From: Parasediminibacterium paludis
GTDB lineage: Bacteria > Bacteroidota > Bacteroidia > Chitinophagales > Chitinophagaceae
Assembly: GCF_042651445.1 (NCBI RefSeq)
Contig: NZ_JBHSDC010000002.1
Span: 679,148 to 703,147, forward strand
Length of the DNA: 24,000 nucleotides
Direction of reading: 5' to 3'
Made by a program: the position numbers and the translations under genes
In this document: positions 22,452 to 24,000 of the stretch, piece by piece
How the letters are laid out: every line of letters begins with the position of its first letter
Numbering within the stretch: the first letter of the stretch is position 1
Notes under the pieces: model-generated
The model's input: the letters and a program-made list of their open reading frames with translations, nothing else
Databases searched by the model: none
Told to the model about the DNA's origin: nothing

Positions 22452-23161
22452 GTTTATAGGGGGCAAAGTGAGAAGGATTCGCAAATAATCATGAAAATAG
22501 TTTTTATCGAATGGTGTATATCGATTTCGATTTTAACTCAATCGAACATAATCCTTTTTACTGCTAGATCAAAAGTGTTTCTATCCTTTTTTAAAGGTTT
22601 ACTTGTTGCAGGATGTCTTACACAAGCCTGGTTTTAATAAATTAAAGTTTTATCCAGGGGTAATATGGATTTTTTACTGAGTACGTAATTTTAATAATTA
22701 GCGTTGGAAAAGCCTCTTAAAATAATTATCAATAAGTGCATTTATGCTATAAAATATTTATACTATATCAGGAAAGATTATTTTCAAATGATTGTTCGAA
22801 TTTATATATTAAATTTAATGTTATTATCTGATTTTGAAAAATGATTGTTTTGTAAAGAAAACTATAGACAAGTACAAAGCCATATTTCGATTCCTTTCTG
22901 TTGTAAGCCCTAATTATATACCTTTAGTTACTTACATATGCAACATTGGCATTGTTGTTAGTATTGTTTAACGTTCAAACTTGTTTACAATGCTTATGAT
23001 TTCTAACAAACTCTCTCTAAAATACTAGTCAGATATTTGTTGTTTTCACGTACTTTTAGACTCAATTTTAAGTATTTCTGTAAGAGTGAATAACCAATGC
23101 ACGCTGCCTGCGCAAAGTTTTTTTGTTACAGGCTATTTTTCGAATTAATAATATCTTCAAA

Positions 23162-23935
23162 ATGAAAATTTTAAAAACATTTGTGTTCTTATTTGCTGTT
23201 TTAACGGTAACAAATTCATTTAGCCAGCAATCGCTTTTTAGCCCTCTACAATTTACTAATGGAAAAGGTGATACCTTAAATTATAGATTCCTATTTCCTG
23301 ATTTTAACCCTTCGAGAAAATATCCACTCGTAATTTTTTTACATGGTTCTGGTGAAAAAGGGAATGATAATGTGTCGCAATTAAAATGGGGTGTTTTAAA
23401 CTTTGCAACAGATTATAATTTAAAAATTTATAAACCTTTTGTCATTGCACCTCAATGCCCCATAAACCAAACTTGGTCTAACTTTAAAAGAGATTTGGAT
23501 TTCGCCTATAACGATACTGCAACAAAAGTGTGTGATTTAATATTTGCGCTTATCGACTCAACCATAAAGAAATTTCCAATCGACACAGATCGTATTTATA
23601 TCACTGGATTATCGATGGGTGGCATAGGAACATTTGATTTCATAATTAGGCGCCCTAATCTTTTTGCTGCTGCTGCACCCGTTTGTGGAGCTGGTGACAT
23701 TTCAAAAGTTAATGTAATCAAACATATACCAATGTGGCTTTTTCATGGTGCTGAAGATCCTACTGTAGACGCTAAATATTCTTTAGCAATGGTTAATGCC
23801 TTGACAAAAGCAGGTGCGCATCCCGGTTATACACAATATCCTACGGTTGGACATTTTTCATGGATCGCTGCTTATAGTGATCCAATGTTTATGGATTGGC
23901 TGTTTAGTCAAAACAAAGCGAATAATAAAAAATAG
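23162..23935 (+). CDS. Secreted alpha/beta-hydrolase (carboxylesterase / S9-like serine hydrolase)
   Basis: Signal-like MKILKTFVFLFAVLTVTNSFSQQ; FLHGSGEKGNDN; nucleophile elbow GLSMGG; HGAEDPTV acid; GH near the C-terminus. The start is moved from the track's TTG (23123) to the ATG at 23162. Confidence 0.82.
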   Translation: MKILKTFVFLFAVLTVTNSFSQQSLFSPLQFTNGKGDTLNYRFLFPDFNPSRKYPLVIFLHGSGEKGNDNVSQLKWGVLNFATDYNLKIYKPFVIAPQCPINQTWSNFKRDLDFAYNDTATKVCDLIFALIDSTIKKFPIDTDRIYITGLSMGGIGTFDFIIRRPNLFAAAAPVCGAGDISKVNVIKHIPMWLFHGAEDPTVDAKYSLAMVNALTKAGAHPGYTQYPTVGHFSWIAAYSDPMFMDWLFSQNKANNKK

Positions 23936-24000
23936 CTATTTTATTGAATGGTTAAAAAAAAGCATTATGATACTGTTTTTAGTTTTCCTATATCGTTGCC

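Overview
This is an AT-rich chromosomal segment. Its protein set (DUF2851, DUF2520, Cys-type SelD, an Arm/SAM/catalytic tyrosine integrase, a BT4734/VirE-type primase) points to a Bacteroidota genome; the order cannot be determined by eye. All functional calls come from motif recognition by eye, and no database search was run.

The left 12 kb holds ordinary housekeeping genes:
- the 5' part of topA, which runs off the window and is therefore absent from the ORF track
- an Arg/Asp-rich exported protein, an alpha/beta hydrolase and a DUF2520 protein
- an fdx-iscX pair, a UbiA prenyltransferase, maf, DUF2851 and OsmC
- an exported beta-rich protein and the selenouridine pair selU-selD

The 11.9-13.1 kb stretch is a gene-poor scar. 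It contains a ~230-bp degenerate 20-21-bp tandem array and a decayed DUF6883/DUF4926-like two-gene cassette.

Next, dnaK lies divergent from hscB. A perfect (GACTATT)x16 heptanucleotide array ends exactly at the hscB ATG.

The main accessory feature is a ~6.3-kb element integrated into the 3' end of tRNA-Leu(CAA):
- It is bounded by a 17-bp exact direct repeat (16092-16108 / 22386-22402), and the displaced native tRNA terminator lies just outside.
- It carries 24-bp subterminal direct repeats, an integrase, an Xis-like HTH protein, an AEP-primase/VirE P-loop replication protein and a dense GTAGTAAG iteron field.
- It has five orphan ORFs and no capsid, conjugation or relaxase genes.
- It therefore looks like a self-replicating, hitch-hiking (satellite-like) integrative element, with an unannotatable cargo module at the tRNA-proximal end.
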